Shown here in pieces: positions 39,203 through 48,438 of a stretch of 64,000 nucleotides of DNA. The notes under the pieces were generated by a model that ran no database searches, had not been told where the DNA came from, and saw nothing but the letters and a program-made list of their open reading frames with translations. The DNA is from a virus. Taxonomy: Duplodnaviria > Heunggongvirae > Uroviricota > Caudoviricetes. The DNA is taken from positions 1 through 64,000 of IMG/VR virus record IMGVR_UViG_3300042988_000374. One strand, 5' to 3'. A program made the position numbers and the translations under genes. Positions within the stretch are counted from its first letter, which is position 1, and every line of letters starts with the position of its first letter.

Positions 39203-39577
39203 ATGACTGAAGAACAACACGCTTACCTGAAAAAGGTATATCCGAAAATCTTCCCAGATGGCGCAGATGACATTTACTGTGGTGATGGTTGGTTTGACAT
39301 TGTTCGTATGATGTGTCGGAACATTCAATCGCATCTTGATTGGAAGCCAGAAGTAACTCAAGTTACGGTGACGCAAATCAAAGAGAAGTTTGGTACCTTG
39401 CGCTTCTACTACGATGGTGGCGATGAACACATTAGCGGTATCGCATCTATGGGAGAAGCCATGAGTGAAATCACTTGTGAAGTATGTGGTGCCAAGGGTG
39501 AGCTACGTCAGGGTACATGGCTTAAAGTGCTGTGTGATGAACACCATGAACAACGAGAAGCGAGGAAGAAGCAATGA
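39203..39577 (+). CDS. hypothetical protein
   Basis: ORF. Confidence 0.45.
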   Translation: MTEEQHAYLKKVYPKIFPDGADDIYCGDGWFDIVRMMCRNIQSHLDWKPEVTQVTVTQIKEKFGTLRFYYDGGDEHISGIASMGEAMSEITCEVCGAKGELRQGTWLKVLCDEHHEQREARKKQ

Positions 39578-39756
39578 GTGACTTAAATGAATATAAAGAA
39601 TTACCTTCATTGGTAGATCCAGTACTCCAAAAAGAATTGGCAGCTAAGTATAAGCCAGCTGAATTCGCGGAGATGATGGAGCAAAGTCTAGACGACCTAC
39701 ATGGTATCGTTAAACGTATGGAGGATAGAGCAAATGCGCGTAAGGGATCTATTTGA
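39574..39756 (+). CDS. hypothetical protein
   Basis: ATGA overlap. Confidence 0.4.
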   Translation: MSDLNEYKELPSLVDPVLQKELAAKYKPAEFAEMMEQSLDDLHGIVKRMEDRANARKGSI

Positions 39757-40027
39757 GAGTTATGATGAATTACGAACATTAATACTGTTATCAACGTCAT
39801 GGTTAAAGAATATTGAACAGCAAATTCTTAGGGCTGAAGAATTATATGATTACACAAATGAACCATCTGATAGGCGCGACTTTATCGAAGCGCTCGATGT
39901 TGCGAAGGCGGAAATTATAAAGACAGTGAATAGTCCGATATTGACAGATACAACTGATCCGGCAGCAAAAAAGATAACTCAACAGTACACTGAATTGTAC
40001 TTTAAATTAATGAACAAACGAGTATAG
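39734..40027 (+). CDS. hypothetical protein (TAG stop)
   Basis: ends TAG 40025-40027. Confidence 0.4.
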   Translation: MRVRDLFESYDELRTLILLSTSWLKNIEQQILRAEELYDYTNEPSDRRDFIEALDVAKAEIIKTVNSPILTDTTDPAAKKITQQYTELYFKLMNKRV

Positions 40028-40056
40028 TTGACAATACCAATCAGCTGTGATACAAT
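40028..40056 (+). promoter_or_regulatory. sigma70 consensus promoter (TTGACA-N17-TGaTACAAT)
   Basis: TTGACA 40028-40033, TACAAT 40051-40056. Confidence 0.6.
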
Positions 40057-40080
40057 ACAGCAATGAATGACGGAGTATAT

Positions 40081-40926
40081 ATGAAGATTGATTATTGCAG
40101 TGACCTTCATTTGGAATGGGGCGGTGTCACATTACCAGGCGGTGATGTACTCGTCCTTGCTGGTGATGTATGTGAGATTCGATCACTGCGTAAAGACTTC
40201 CATTCGACAAGAGTTCTGCCGCATAAGCCAGGCTCACATGAACATCGGTACTACGACTTCTTCTATCACGAGTGTGCGAAGTACGAGCGGGTGTTCTACG
40301 TCCTCGGTAACCACTGCCATTATCACGGCAAGTTCCATAAATCCTACGAAGAACTTAAAGCATTGCTACCAGACAATGTTACGCTACTTGAAAAAGAAAC
40401 AGTAGAGTATCGTGGTGTGGTATTTATGGGTGCTACCTTATGGACTAACTGCAACAATGGCGACTCACTCACCATGTACACGCTCAAAGCTAGTATGAAT
40501 GATTATCGTGTTATCCAAAACTACTATGAAGGTAAAGGTCTGTACTTCAAGCTGCAACCAGAATTCACATTCCGTGATCACATCAAGGCAATGAACTACT
40601 TCCGTGCGGAGTTGCCAAAGTATGCCGATAAGCAGGTAGTTATGATTACACACCATGCACCGTCGTTCATGAGTATTGGTGAACAATACAAAGGTGAATA
40701 CCATATGAATGGTGGATATGCTAGCGATTTATCCGAATTTATCCTTGACCATCCACAGATCAAGGTATTCATACATGGGCATGTCCACAGCACTCACGAT
40801 TACACCATTGGCGATACTCGCATCTTGTGTAATCCGAGGGGATATGCGGGACACGAATCTAGTGCCGACCAATTCACCATCAAACAATTTGAAATCAACG
40901 AAGAAAACTTTAAGGAAACATTATGA
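40081..40926 (+). CDS. calcineurin-like metallophosphoesterase
   Basis: DLHLEW, LAGDVCE, GNHCHYH, HHAP, GHVH metal-ligand motifs. Confidence 0.7.
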   Translation: MKIDYCSDLHLEWGGVTLPGGDVLVLAGDVCEIRSLRKDFHSTRVLPHKPGSHEHRYYDFFYHECAKYERVFYVLGNHCHYHGKFHKSYEELKALLPDNVTLLEKETVEYRGVVFMGATLWTNCNNGDSLTMYTLKASMNDYRVIQNYYEGKGLYFKLQPEFTFRDHIKAMNYFRAELPKYADKQVVMITHHAPSFMSIGEQYKGEYHMNGGYASDLSEFILDHPQIKVFIHGHVHSTHDYTIGDTRILCNPRGYAGHESSADQFTIKQFEINEENFKETL

Positions 40927-41525
40927 ACAGCGCAATCATGCTTGATATGGAAACTCTAGCAACTGGTATTCAACCAGTAATCTTAACAATTGGCGCATGT
41001 AAATTTGACCCAGTTGGTGATGAGATTAAACGTCCAGAAATGGAAGTATTATACTTGCGCCTTGATATTGAGAGTCAAACAGCAGTTGGTCGCGAAATCA
41101 ATGACGACACTATTGCTTGGTGGGGTCGCCAAACGCCCGAGGCGCAGGAGGAGGCGCTTGGAGATGGCACACCAGACAATCCACGCTACACACTCACAGA
41201 AGCGATGGATCGGCTCTATAAGTTCTGCCGTGGTGCCAAGACTGTTTGGTCGAATGGGTCGGTGGCTGATATCATATGGGCAGAATCTGCTTATCGCCAA
41301 GTACAACAGGCGAACCCATGGAAATTCTGGGAAATTCGTGATTGCCGAACAGCATATGATCTGGGTATCAATCCTAATATGCCGCCAGTTACCGCGCACA
41401 ATGCGCTTGAAGATGCCATTAACCAAGCAATCGGCATTCAGAACGTGTTCCGCACACTACAAAACTGTACATACAACGACGGCACTTATATCGAACCATT
41501 TAAAAATTGGAAAAAACGTGGATAA
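40923..41525 (+). CDS. DEDDh 3'-5' exonuclease (second copy)
   Basis: LDMETLATG exo I; HNALEDAINQAIG exo III. Confidence 0.65.
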   Translation: MNSAIMLDMETLATGIQPVILTIGACKFDPVGDEIKRPEMEVLYLRLDIESQTAVGREINDDTIAWWGRQTPEAQEEALGDGTPDNPRYTLTEAMDRLYKFCRGAKTVWSNGSVADIIWAESAYRQVQQANPWKFWEIRDCRTAYDLGINPNMPPVTAHNALEDAINQAIGIQNVFRTLQNCTYNDGTYIEPFKNWKKRG

Positions 41526-41715
41526 TAAAACAAAAGTACTTAATGAATATAATACATTCGAAACTAAGTTAAAAAATATGGTAGATTCTGGCGAAATAAC
41601 ACAGGAAATGGCAGAGTATATTAAGAAGTACAAAGAACTAAGAAAAGACCTCGGTAAAAATAGTGTTTTGATTCAGCGAATACTAGACGCATCGGAGAAT
41701 GGCTCTATTCTATGA
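41518..41715 (+). CDS. hypothetical protein (AT-rich island, GTG start)
   Basis: ORF in markedly AT-rich segment. Confidence 0.3.
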   Translation: MDNKTKVLNEYNTFETKLKNMVDSGEITQEMAEYIKKYKELRKDLGKNSVLIQRILDASENGSIL

Positions 41716-42065
41716 TTATACAAGAAATGTATGGACATGAACTTAACTCAAAATTGAATTCTAATAATTATATGTTATTCTTGTTAGCATCCAATAACAT
41801 AGCGATAACAGCATACGATGATGCTGTGAAAATAGAAAGGGCTCTGAAATCTGTCATAAAAAATGGACATTTTGGAAGACCTGGAAATTCTAATACATAT
41901 CTACATAAAATGGCCACTACGTCCATAAGTGATTTGGATCTGGAGTTAGAATTCATCAAAATGATGGACTATAATGATGAAGCATTACTGGCACACATAA
42001 AGGATTTAAATAAAATCAAGAACTCAATCAGTAACTACTTAGACATATTTGTGAATGGTAAATAA
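41712..42065 (+). CDS. hypothetical protein (AT-rich island)
   Basis: ATGA overlap; Asn/Lys/Ile-rich. Confidence 0.4.
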   Translation: MIIQEMYGHELNSKLNSNNYMLFLLASNNIAITAYDDAVKIERALKSVIKNGHFGRPGNSNTYLHKMATTSISDLDLELEFIKMMDYNDEALLAHIKDLNKIKNSISNYLDIFVNGK

Positions 42066-42066
42066 A

Positions 42067-42342
42067 ATGGACAATAAAACAAAAGAAGTAATGGACATTC
42101 TTCAAGAGGAATGCGCTGAGGTAATCGTAGCGGTAAGTAAAATCAGTCGCTTTGGTATCGACAACATGAAGCCTGGTAAAAATCAAACTAATCGCCAGCA
42201 CTTGGAAGAAGAGATCGGTGATCTGATGGCCATGATTACCATCTTAGTTGACAAGGGTATTGTAAATCGTGTACAATTAGAACAGGCAGAAGCCGCAAAA
42301 ATCGAAAAACTTAAACAATGGTCATCTATCTTTAAGGACTAA
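42067..42342 (+). CDS. MazG-like nucleotide pyrophosphohydrolase
   Basis: EECAEV...EEEIGDLMAMI (EExxE...EExGD) MazG motif. Confidence 0.6.
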   Translation: MDNKTKEVMDILQEECAEVIVAVSKISRFGIDNMKPGKNQTNRQHLEEEIGDLMAMITILVDKGIVNRVQLEQAEAAKIEKLKQWSSIFKD

Positions 42343-42343
42343 T

Positions 42344-42772
42344 ATGACAGAACTAGACTATCTCTTATACGCAATCGGTGTTGCTGGTGCGTTCTATCTT
42401 GGTATGCGTTACGCTGAGTACCGTATGATTAAAAAGATGATCGACATGATGACACCAGAAGAACGTGCTGAAATCTACGAGACTGCTCAGAAGATTAAAT
42501 CTGACTTGGAGAAAGCAGGCATTCGGAATGTTGCCGTACACACAGTCGATGAAGACGATGTGGTCAATCTGAAGCATGAAGTGATGGACAATGTTCACTT
42601 CTTGTACCGAGATGGTAATACCTTTGTATGCCAGGGACCATCTATTGATTCAGTTGCTCGACGCTTCGCTGAGATCATGGGCGAAAATAAAGTTGGCGTA
42701 GTTAATATGCATGATGGTAGCAACGCACTTATCATTGCTGGTGTACTCAAAGGCGGCGGCGAGGTCAAATAA
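42344..42772 (+). CDS. hypothetical protein
   Basis: ORF. Confidence 0.45.
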   Translation: MTELDYLLYAIGVAGAFYLGMRYAEYRMIKKMIDMMTPEERAEIYETAQKIKSDLEKAGIRNVAVHTVDEDDVVNLKHEVMDNVHFLYRDGNTFVCQGPSIDSVARRFAEIMGENKVGVVNMHDGSNALIIAGVLKGGGEVK

Positions 42773-43011
42773 TGTTTGATGCGCTAGTAGATACCTTGAT
42801 TCAACCTCCAGTAAAAAAATTAATTACTAAGAGTGAGTTCGATGAATTCAACAAATGTTGGACATGGTATCTACTAGCAGATAAACGTTATGGTCAGGCA
42901 TTCTGTGAACACTTTGGTATTGATATCCATACACCACTGTATCACTTTACCAGTATCAAAATATGCCGTGATTGGATAAAGGAAAATTATCTTGAAAAGA
43001 AAATTCGTTGA
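42772..43011 (+). CDS. hypothetical protein
   Basis: ATG overlaps stop. Confidence 0.4.
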   Translation: MFDALVDTLIQPPVKKLITKSEFDEFNKCWTWYLLADKRYGQAFCEHFGIDIHTPLYHFTSIKICRDWIKENYLEKKIR

Positions 43012-43540
43012 TTTATATATGGACTGGGCAGAACGTGTTGCCCAATTGTCACATGCCAAACGCCTGCAAGTAGGCAGCGTGATTGTTAAAGACGATACTG
43101 TTATCAGTTATGGGTACAATGGTACCCCGGCAGGCTGGGACAACAACTGTGAAGACAAAGTATTCAATACGCAATACATCCAACAAAAAGACAACACGTG
43201 GATAGATCCTAACACCTACAAAGTAGTTGACATTGAAGAACACTATCCCTTCATCGCTACATCGGATGAAGATGATTCGTACATCGGCCACTATCGCTTA
43301 AAAACTAAGCCGGAAGTAATGCATAGTGAACGTAATGCACTTGACAAATTAGCACGTCAAGGCAACGTTGGTGGTAGTGGTGCTGATATCTTTATTACTC
43401 ATGCGCCCTGTTTAGAGTGCGCAAAGAGTATCCTAGGTGCTGGTATTAAGCGTGTATACTTTGGTACCGCGTATCGCGATAATAATGGCGTAGAGTTCCT
43501 CGAGAAGAGTGGTGTAGGAGTAATTCAAGTTGACAGATAA
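42992..43540 (+). CDS. dCMP deaminase
   Basis: HSERNAL (H-x-E) and PCLECAK (PCxxC) zinc ligands; dCMP deaminase length. Confidence 0.7.
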   Translation: MKRKFVDLYMDWAERVAQLSHAKRLQVGSVIVKDDTVISYGYNGTPAGWDNNCEDKVFNTQYIQQKDNTWIDPNTYKVVDIEEHYPFIATSDEDDSYIGHYRLKTKPEVMHSERNALDKLARQGNVGGSGADIFITHAPCLECAKSILGAGIKRVYFGTAYRDNNGVEFLEKSGVGVIQVDR

Positions 43541-43558
43541 TTCAAACACTGTTACAAT
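43530..43558 (+). promoter_or_regulatory. sigma70 consensus promoter (TTGACA-N17-TACAAT) at the head of the paralog array
   Basis: TTGACA 43530-43535, TACAAT 43553-43558; the only consensus promoter found from here to 51.5 kb. Confidence 0.55.
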
Positions 43559-43730
43559 TACCGTCAGATATGGTGAACTTGACGAGCCTCTAGAGTGGTG
43601 TCAAGAGCACTGTGTTGGAGCATGGGATCTCGTGAACGTCATTGATCAAGCTGGTTATGCTAATGGCACATATCAGTTCGAATTTAGTGACGAGCGAGAC
43701 ATTACTTTATTCACTCTTCGCTGGGCCTAA
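43530..43730 (+). CDS. array paralog 1 (WC-x-E-N-x-G / LF[LT]LRW family); start uncertain
   Basis: EWCQEHCVGAWD core, ends ITLFTLRWA; the only in-frame start is the TTG coinciding with the promoter -35. Confidence 0.4.
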   Translation: MTDNSNTVTITVRYGELDEPLEWCQEHCVGAWDLVNVIDQAGYANGTYQFEFSDERDITLFTLRWA

Positions 43731-43731
43731 T

Positions 43732-43929
43732 ATGTTTGAATGCACTTTTGATAAAGGCCAGTATCATCTGGTAAACGAAATGGTTCGTTGGTGCAAAGAT
43801 AACATTGGTGATGGTGGATGGTTAGCACGAAACGGTGACTTGTGGTCATGTGAAGGTGTATTCGGGCGCACCACATTCAAGTTTATGCGAGAGGATGACT
43901 ACACTCTATTCTTGTTGAGGTGGTCATGA
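43732..43929 (+). CDS. array paralog 2
   Basis: RWCKDNIGDGGW core; ends YTLFLLRWS; TGA then ATGA coupling. Confidence 0.6.
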   Translation: MFECTFDKGQYHLVNEMVRWCKDNIGDGGWLARNGDLWSCEGVFGRTTFKFMREDDYTLFLLRWS

Positions 43930-44195
43930 CTGTGATACAATACACGAATCGAATTATTATTGATGAAATGCCAGTTGAATCAGATGGTAATACACTATGG
44001 CATAAGGTCGCTATATTTACTGGCGTAACAAGGTCGGCGGTGGCGCAAAGAGGATTCAACAGTTCTGGTGACGCTATTGTTGCAATGAAGCAATGGTGCA
44101 GTGAAAATACCAACCATAAATGGAGTTCATATATCACTGTGTTTTACTTTGAAGACGAACTTGATGCAACTTTATTTACCTTGAGGTGGTCATGA
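43926..44195 (+). CDS. array paralog 3
   Basis: QWCSENTNHKW; ends ATLFTLRWS; ATGA overlap. Confidence 0.6.
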   Translation: MTVIQYTNRIIIDEMPVESDGNTLWHKVAIFTGVTRSAVAQRGFNSSGDAIVAMKQWCSENTNHKWSSYITVFYFEDELDATLFTLRWS

Positions 44196-44458
44196 TAGAT
44201 CCAAAAACTGATATAATATCGAGCAATGGGTTTAGATTCCGTGTTAATATCAAGACCACTGATGAAGTCGAGCAGTACATCAAAGACCACTGGACCACCG
44301 TGGCACTGCCAATGAATGAATTCACTGACTCTGGGTTTAGATATCGAATCATCTTTTGGATAGACGAACACGCAACTGGCAAGTGGACTAGACTTCGAAA
44401 TACTTTTTACTTTGAAAAGGAAGTTGACTCCACTCTCTTTATCTTGACACACTTATGA
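44192..44458 (+). CDS. array paralog 4 (divergent C-terminus LFILTHL)
   Basis: ATGA overlaps both sides. Confidence 0.55.
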   Translation: MIDPKTDIISSNGFRFRVNIKTTDEVEQYIKDHWTTVALPMNEFTDSGFRYRIIFWIDEHATGKWTRLRNTFYFEKEVDSTLFILTHL

Positions 44459-44772
44459 AAATTGTATGGAATCGGAGCTTAGGCTGGAATATGGAGTTCA
44501 ACAAAATGGTAAGAAAATCACGATCAGTATCAGGAGTAAGACCCGTGAATGAAATGATTATCGAAGACGGTGCTGACTGCTATCCATGGACGGAATGCTT
44601 TATCTGGTGGCCGGTTAAGACTGTCACTGGGCAACGCATCTGGTGGATAAAGGCATTCAAGCGTCGAGTATGGATCATGTGGGGCGGCGGATATCACATG
44701 GAGCCCGAGACACAATTTGCAACGGCGTTTGATTTATTGGTGTATAATCCAAAGGTAATGGGGCGAGAATGA
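44455..44772 (+). CDS. array position 5: unrelated Trp-rich insert gene
   Basis: ATGA coupled but lacks family motifs. Confidence 0.5.
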   Translation: MKIVWNRSLGWNMEFNKMVRKSRSVSGVRPVNEMIIEDGADCYPWTECFIWWPVKTVTGQRIWWIKAFKRRVWIMWGGGYHMEPETQFATAFDLLVYNPKVMGRE

Positions 44773-45149
44773 ACTTCAAAGAATGGTTAATCGACATCGA
44801 GTCTGAGACTGGTGGCTACAAGCAAGGCGATTTGATTGTCGCCTATGGGAGAGGAACAGGAAAGAGTATCATGAATTCATATGCAGATCAATGGTTCACT
44901 ACTATGGCCGAGAGAAAGATTGAAATCACTCATGGTGAATTAGTTGGTAAACAAAAATTCAAGTACTGGGTCAAAGTAAATGGACCGTGGGGTCTTGAGC
45001 GCCAAATTAATGAGTGGTGTTCGGAGACTTATGGCGCGCTTGACACACCTGGCTACAATAACCCACGCTGGGACAACAGGCGGAAGTTTGGTGTGTACAA
45101 CTTCAAACACGAAGCTGATGTTACATTATTCTTATTGAGGTGGGCATGA
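44769..45149 (+). CDS. array paralog 6
   Basis: EWCSETYGALD; ends VTLFLLRWA. Confidence 0.6.
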   Translation: MNFKEWLIDIESETGGYKQGDLIVAYGRGTGKSIMNSYADQWFTTMAERKIEITHGELVGKQKFKYWVKVNGPWGLERQINEWCSETYGALDTPGYNNPRWDNRRKFGVYNFKHEADVTLFLLRWA

Positions 45150-45391
45150 AACATTTAACATTCGATATCGCAGAAGAGCGGGCACCAGAAGTTACTAAAT
45201 GGTGCCGAGGCGCGTTTGGTAAGTCTAAACAAAATGATACGCGAATTAGCAAGATTCTTTGGTGGCGCAGAAAGATGAACACTTATGACTGCTCCCCAGA
45301 TTTTAGTAGGAACATCCATGTCAAACACATTGTCAGATTTTACTTCAAGCGTGAAGCCGACTACACCCTATTTTTACTGAGGTGGGCATGA
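45146..45391 (+). CDS. array paralog 7
   Basis: KWCRGAFGKS; ends YTLFLLRWA. Confidence 0.6.
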   Translation: MKHLTFDIAEERAPEVTKWCRGAFGKSKQNDTRISKILWWRRKMNTYDCSPDFSRNIHVKHIVRFYFKREADYTLFLLRWA

Positions 45392-45624
45392 AAGTAAACA
45401 TGTTTAATCATTGGTTCAAGTACAAGGTGCCTATTGACGACCACATTGAACAAATCAAGGTCGCCATCTTCAATGATGACTATCACATCAGATATAGCAA
45501 TCTCTGGCACTGGCTCAATGAACGCCATGATGTTGGTCAGTATTACAACTGGCGAGAAAGCAGAAACTACTTGTGCTTCAACCACGAGAGCGCCTACTTA
45601 ATATTTTTATTGAAGATATCATGA
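45388..45624 (+). CDS. array paralog 8 (C-terminus LIFLLKIS)
   Basis: ATGA overlaps. Confidence 0.55.
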   Translation: MKVNMFNHWFKYKVPIDDHIEQIKVAIFNDDYHIRYSNLWHWLNERHDVGQYYNWRESRNYLCFNHESAYLIFLLKIS

Positions 45625-46055
45625 AGAGTATATTCACACGATTGCGGGCTAAGTTTGATCGCTTTTTACACCAGCGATATCTTGAGAAGATGGGTTTGAC
45701 AGAGGAAGCATATCAACGTAAGACAGACTCACTGGTTAACTACCGAGCACTGACTGTCAGTAGCTTTTATCATGGGTACAAGGCAGTACACACATTCCAA
45801 GATGCTGGCACGGCGCCATGGAGTATGTTTGACGATTGGCTTTCAGGTCTACATAGTATACGCGAATGGTGCGAGGAGAATTGCAGCGGTAAATGGCGAG
45901 ACGATATTCATCGAGTAATTAAACAGACATCAATCGGCGTGAATGGTGAGACTGAAGAACACTTGTTTATGAACGAGATAGGTGGTCGAGACGTGGTATG
46001 CTTTGCATTTGAGAATGACGCAGACTACTTGTTATTTTTATTGAGGTGGGCATGA
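45621..46055 (+). CDS. array paralog 9
   Basis: EWCEENCSGKW; ends YLLFLLRWA. Confidence 0.6.
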   Translation: MKSIFTRLRAKFDRFLHQRYLEKMGLTEEAYQRKTDSLVNYRALTVSSFYHGYKAVHTFQDAGTAPWSMFDDWLSGLHSIREWCEENCSGKWRDDIHRVIKQTSIGVNGETEEHLFMNEIGGRDVVCFAFENDADYLLFLLRWA

Positions 46056-46252
46056 AGCAAACACATGCAAAATATAAACGATTCAAGTATGTGGTAGAGT
46101 GTAAACGCACCGCTGACTGGTGGTCTGGTGGCTGGCGTGAACGCAGTGAATGGTGCGTGGAGAATATTGGCACTGACTGGGATTACTTTGACGAGTGCTT
46201 CACGTTTAAAGATTCAGCTAGTGCGACACTCTTTATTTTAAGGTGGAAATGA
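46052..46252 (+). CDS. array paralog 10
   Basis: EWCVENIGTDWD; ends ATLFILRWK. Confidence 0.6.
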   Translation: MKQTHAKYKRFKYVVECKRTADWWSGGWRERSEWCVENIGTDWDYFDECFTFKDSASATLFILRWK

Positions 46253-46464
46253 GTATGATAATTGCAGGTGCTGGTAAATATTGGGGCAACATTGTTGACT
46301 ACTACTGGGACAATATTGATCCAACTAATGATGGGACTATCTGGGAGTGGTTAGAGCGTGAGTATAATTGTAAGAGGTCTCGCGCTATTAACAAAACGTA
46401 TACCTGGGATTTAGTATTTGATTCTGAAGAATACTATTCCCTATTTTTGCTGAGGTGGTCATGA
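46249..46464 (+). CDS. array paralog 11
   Basis: ends YSLFLLRWS; ATGA. Confidence 0.55.
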   Translation: MSMIIAGAGKYWGNIVDYYWDNIDPTNDGTIWEWLEREYNCKRSRAINKTYTWDLVFDSEEYYSLFLLRWS

Positions 46465-46694
46465 GGGTAATACCAGAACATCACAACCATCGAGTGAAGA
46501 TCAAACTCAAAGAGAATATTTGGGATATCGCTGGTCGAATTGAAGATATACAAACGATACGTGATTGGATTGCTGAGTTGACAGAATGGCAAGAAGACGA
46601 GTATACTATGAACATTTACAGTAGCGGCGGCATCATGGACGTATGGTTCAAGAAGGAAGAGTACGCTACACTTTGTGCACTGAGGTGGTCATGA
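46461..46694 (+). CDS. array paralog 12
   Basis: ends ATLCALRWS; ATGA. Confidence 0.55.
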   Translation: MRVIPEHHNHRVKIKLKENIWDIAGRIEDIQTIRDWIAELTEWQEDEYTMNIYSSGGIMDVWFKKEEYATLCALRWS

Positions 46695-46945
46695 ACAGAA
46701 TTAGCTCTGAAATCTCTTTTGATATTTACAAACGATGGTTAGTACATTGCTACCCGGAGACTGGTCACGAGCGCCTAAAGTGGACTCGTAACTTTGAGCA
46801 ATTGAAGTTGCACTACGGTGATGGACGAGACTTTGATTTGTTTGTTTTTGGTTGTGGCGGTGCCATTAGGCAAGAACACCATAAGCGATTCATTGAATTT
46901 GCCGACAGTAGCAACATGACGTTATTTGTATTGAGGTGGGCATGA
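46691..46945 (+). CDS. array paralog 13
   Basis: ends MTLFVLRWA; ATGA. Confidence 0.55.
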   Translation: MNRISSEISFDIYKRWLVHCYPETGHERLKWTRNFEQLKLHYGDGRDFDLFVFGCGGAIRQEHHKRFIEFADSSNMTLFVLRWA

Positions 46946-47160
46946 AGCTAGCTAAAGAAGATCAACTCCACGTATGGTGTGGTGGTAATAAACCAAACAT
47001 ATTCAAGCATCTGGTATACCACAGAATCGAACGTGATGTGCTCGAATGGTTACATGACAACTTTAAACGCGGCTACGGTATTGATTACTACTATCGTGAT
47101 GGTAAGATTTGGTTCAGGAATTCACGAACTGAGCTCCTATTTATATTGAGGTGGGCATGA
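46942..47160 (+). CDS. array paralog 14
   Basis: LEWLHDNFKRGYG; ends ELLFILRWA. Confidence 0.6.
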   Translation: MKLAKEDQLHVWCGGNKPNIFKHLVYHRIERDVLEWLHDNFKRGYGIDYYYRDGKIWFRNSRTELLFILRWA

Positions 47161-47438
47161 ATTACTATCACTATGACCGAGCCCCAACATGGGTCCATAC
47201 ACGGTGTCCGCCAGAAGAACGTAGCTCAAAAATCTATTACTTTGATAGTGGTAACTTACCTCAAGGTGAGTTAGACGGTGAAGGAGTGCGATGGTATCGT
47301 TTGAACTGTTCATATTGGTTTGGTGATTGGATTGAACTACAAGATAAGAAGCTATGGCGGTCTTATGGTGGACGGCATCGTGCTATCTATATTGTGCGTG
47401 AAGAATTAATGACCCTGATTAGGTTGAGGTGGCTATGA
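47157..47438 (+). CDS. array paralog 15
   Basis: ends MTLIRLRWL; ATGA. Confidence 0.55.
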   Translation: MNYYHYDRAPTWVHTRCPPEERSSKIYYFDSGNLPQGELDGEGVRWYRLNCSYWFGDWIELQDKKLWRSYGGRHRAIYIVREELMTLIRLRWL

Positions 47439-47641
47439 AGTATGATTTTACTATGTTGAAGTTAGGATACATGATGGCGGATCTCCACGCATGGTTCGTT
47501 GACAACAACTACAAGTACGGCGTTGACTGGGAATTCTTGCGAGATGAGATAATCACCGACGCCACACGAAGCTCAATCATCACCGGCATTACTATTGAGG
47601 ACAGTGAAGTGGCAACACTCTTTACACTGAGGTGGATGTGA
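47435..47641 (+). CDS. array paralog 16
   Basis: ends ATLFTLRWM; TGATG coupling. Confidence 0.55.
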   Translation: MKYDFTMLKLGYMMADLHAWFVDNNYKYGVDWEFLRDEIITDATRSSIITGITIEDSEVATLFTLRWM

Positions 47642-47916
47642 TGAACAGAATCATCAATGGTGATATGGAACAGTGGGCGCGGGCAATACTGTTCACACTG
47701 GAAGCGACACATACAAATGAAAACGGTACACTTTACCATGTGGTGTCTACCAGCGAGAGACCGATCATAGATTGGTTGACTTCACACGAACGTTGTGATA
47801 CACTTGATATCGGAAAAGGCGATGTGCTATATTTTGGTGACGCTGGCAATTCAATCAAACGATATTTTGCCGTGAGTGACCGACTATACACACTGATGAT
47901 ACTAACTTGGAAATGA
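47641..47916 (+). CDS. array paralog 17
   Basis: ends YTLMILTWK. Confidence 0.5.
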   Translation: MNRIINGDMEQWARAILFTLEATHTNENGTLYHVVSTSERPIIDWLTSHERCDTLDIGKGDVLYFGDAGNSIKRYFAVSDRLYTLMILTWK

Positions 47917-47917
47917 C

Positions 47918-48205
47918 GTGCAGGTAAACCCCGTATTTGACGACGAAGATTGGATAGAAGTGACTGACATGGAGGAATCTATTATGCTAACTGAGCGCAA
48001 GAGTAAGTACAAGCACAAGGTAACTGTGCCAAGTGACTTCACTGGTGATTTAGAACGGTCAATACGCGACTGGTGCACTGAACAGTTTGGAGCTGGTGGT
48101 CGTAATCGGCACTTGCGCTGGCGTTTTGGCTGGGTACAAAACAAGTCTACGTTTTACTTTAAGAATGACTGTGACGTGTCGTTGTTCCTACTGCGGTGGG
48201 CTTGA
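47918..48205 (+). CDS. array paralog 18 (start 47918 GTG, or 47984 ATG behind GGAGGA)
   Basis: DWCTEQFGAGG; ends VSLFLLRWA. Confidence 0.5.
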   Translation: MQVNPVFDDEDWIEVTDMEESIMLTERKSKYKHKVTVPSDFTGDLERSIRDWCTEQFGAGGRNRHLRWRFGWVQNKSTFYFKNDCDVSLFLLRWA

Positions 48206-48438
48206 TGTATTGTAAAGTGTACGATAACATTTGGGGCAAAGATTACAACATCGTGAGCTTCAAACTACCAGCTGATAGTAAACATGAACTAGTTGACTGG
48301 TGTTTAAATTCATTTGGACCATCTGGCTACGATCACGTTGCTGGTAAAGCACGATGGATTAACAATATCAGATTCGGTGAGATTCATTTTTATAATGATG
48401 CTGATGTAAACTTGTTTTTATTACGGTGGTCATCATGA
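48205..48438 (+). CDS. array paralog 19
   Basis: DWCLNSFGPSGY; ends VNLFLLRWSS; TGATG. Confidence 0.6.
   Translation: MYCKVYDNIWGKDYNIVSFKLPADSKHELVDWCLNSFGPSGYDHVAGKARWINNIRFGEIHFYNDADVNLFLLRWSS

Noticed and set aside
40990-41715. 241-aa ORF in the track overlapping the DEDDh exonuclease gene in another frame
   Set aside because: Arg-rich translation without motifs; entirely nested in a well-supported gene (exo I/III motifs); typical spurious alternative-frame ORF. Only its last 66 codons (41518-41715) are kept as a low-confidence gene.
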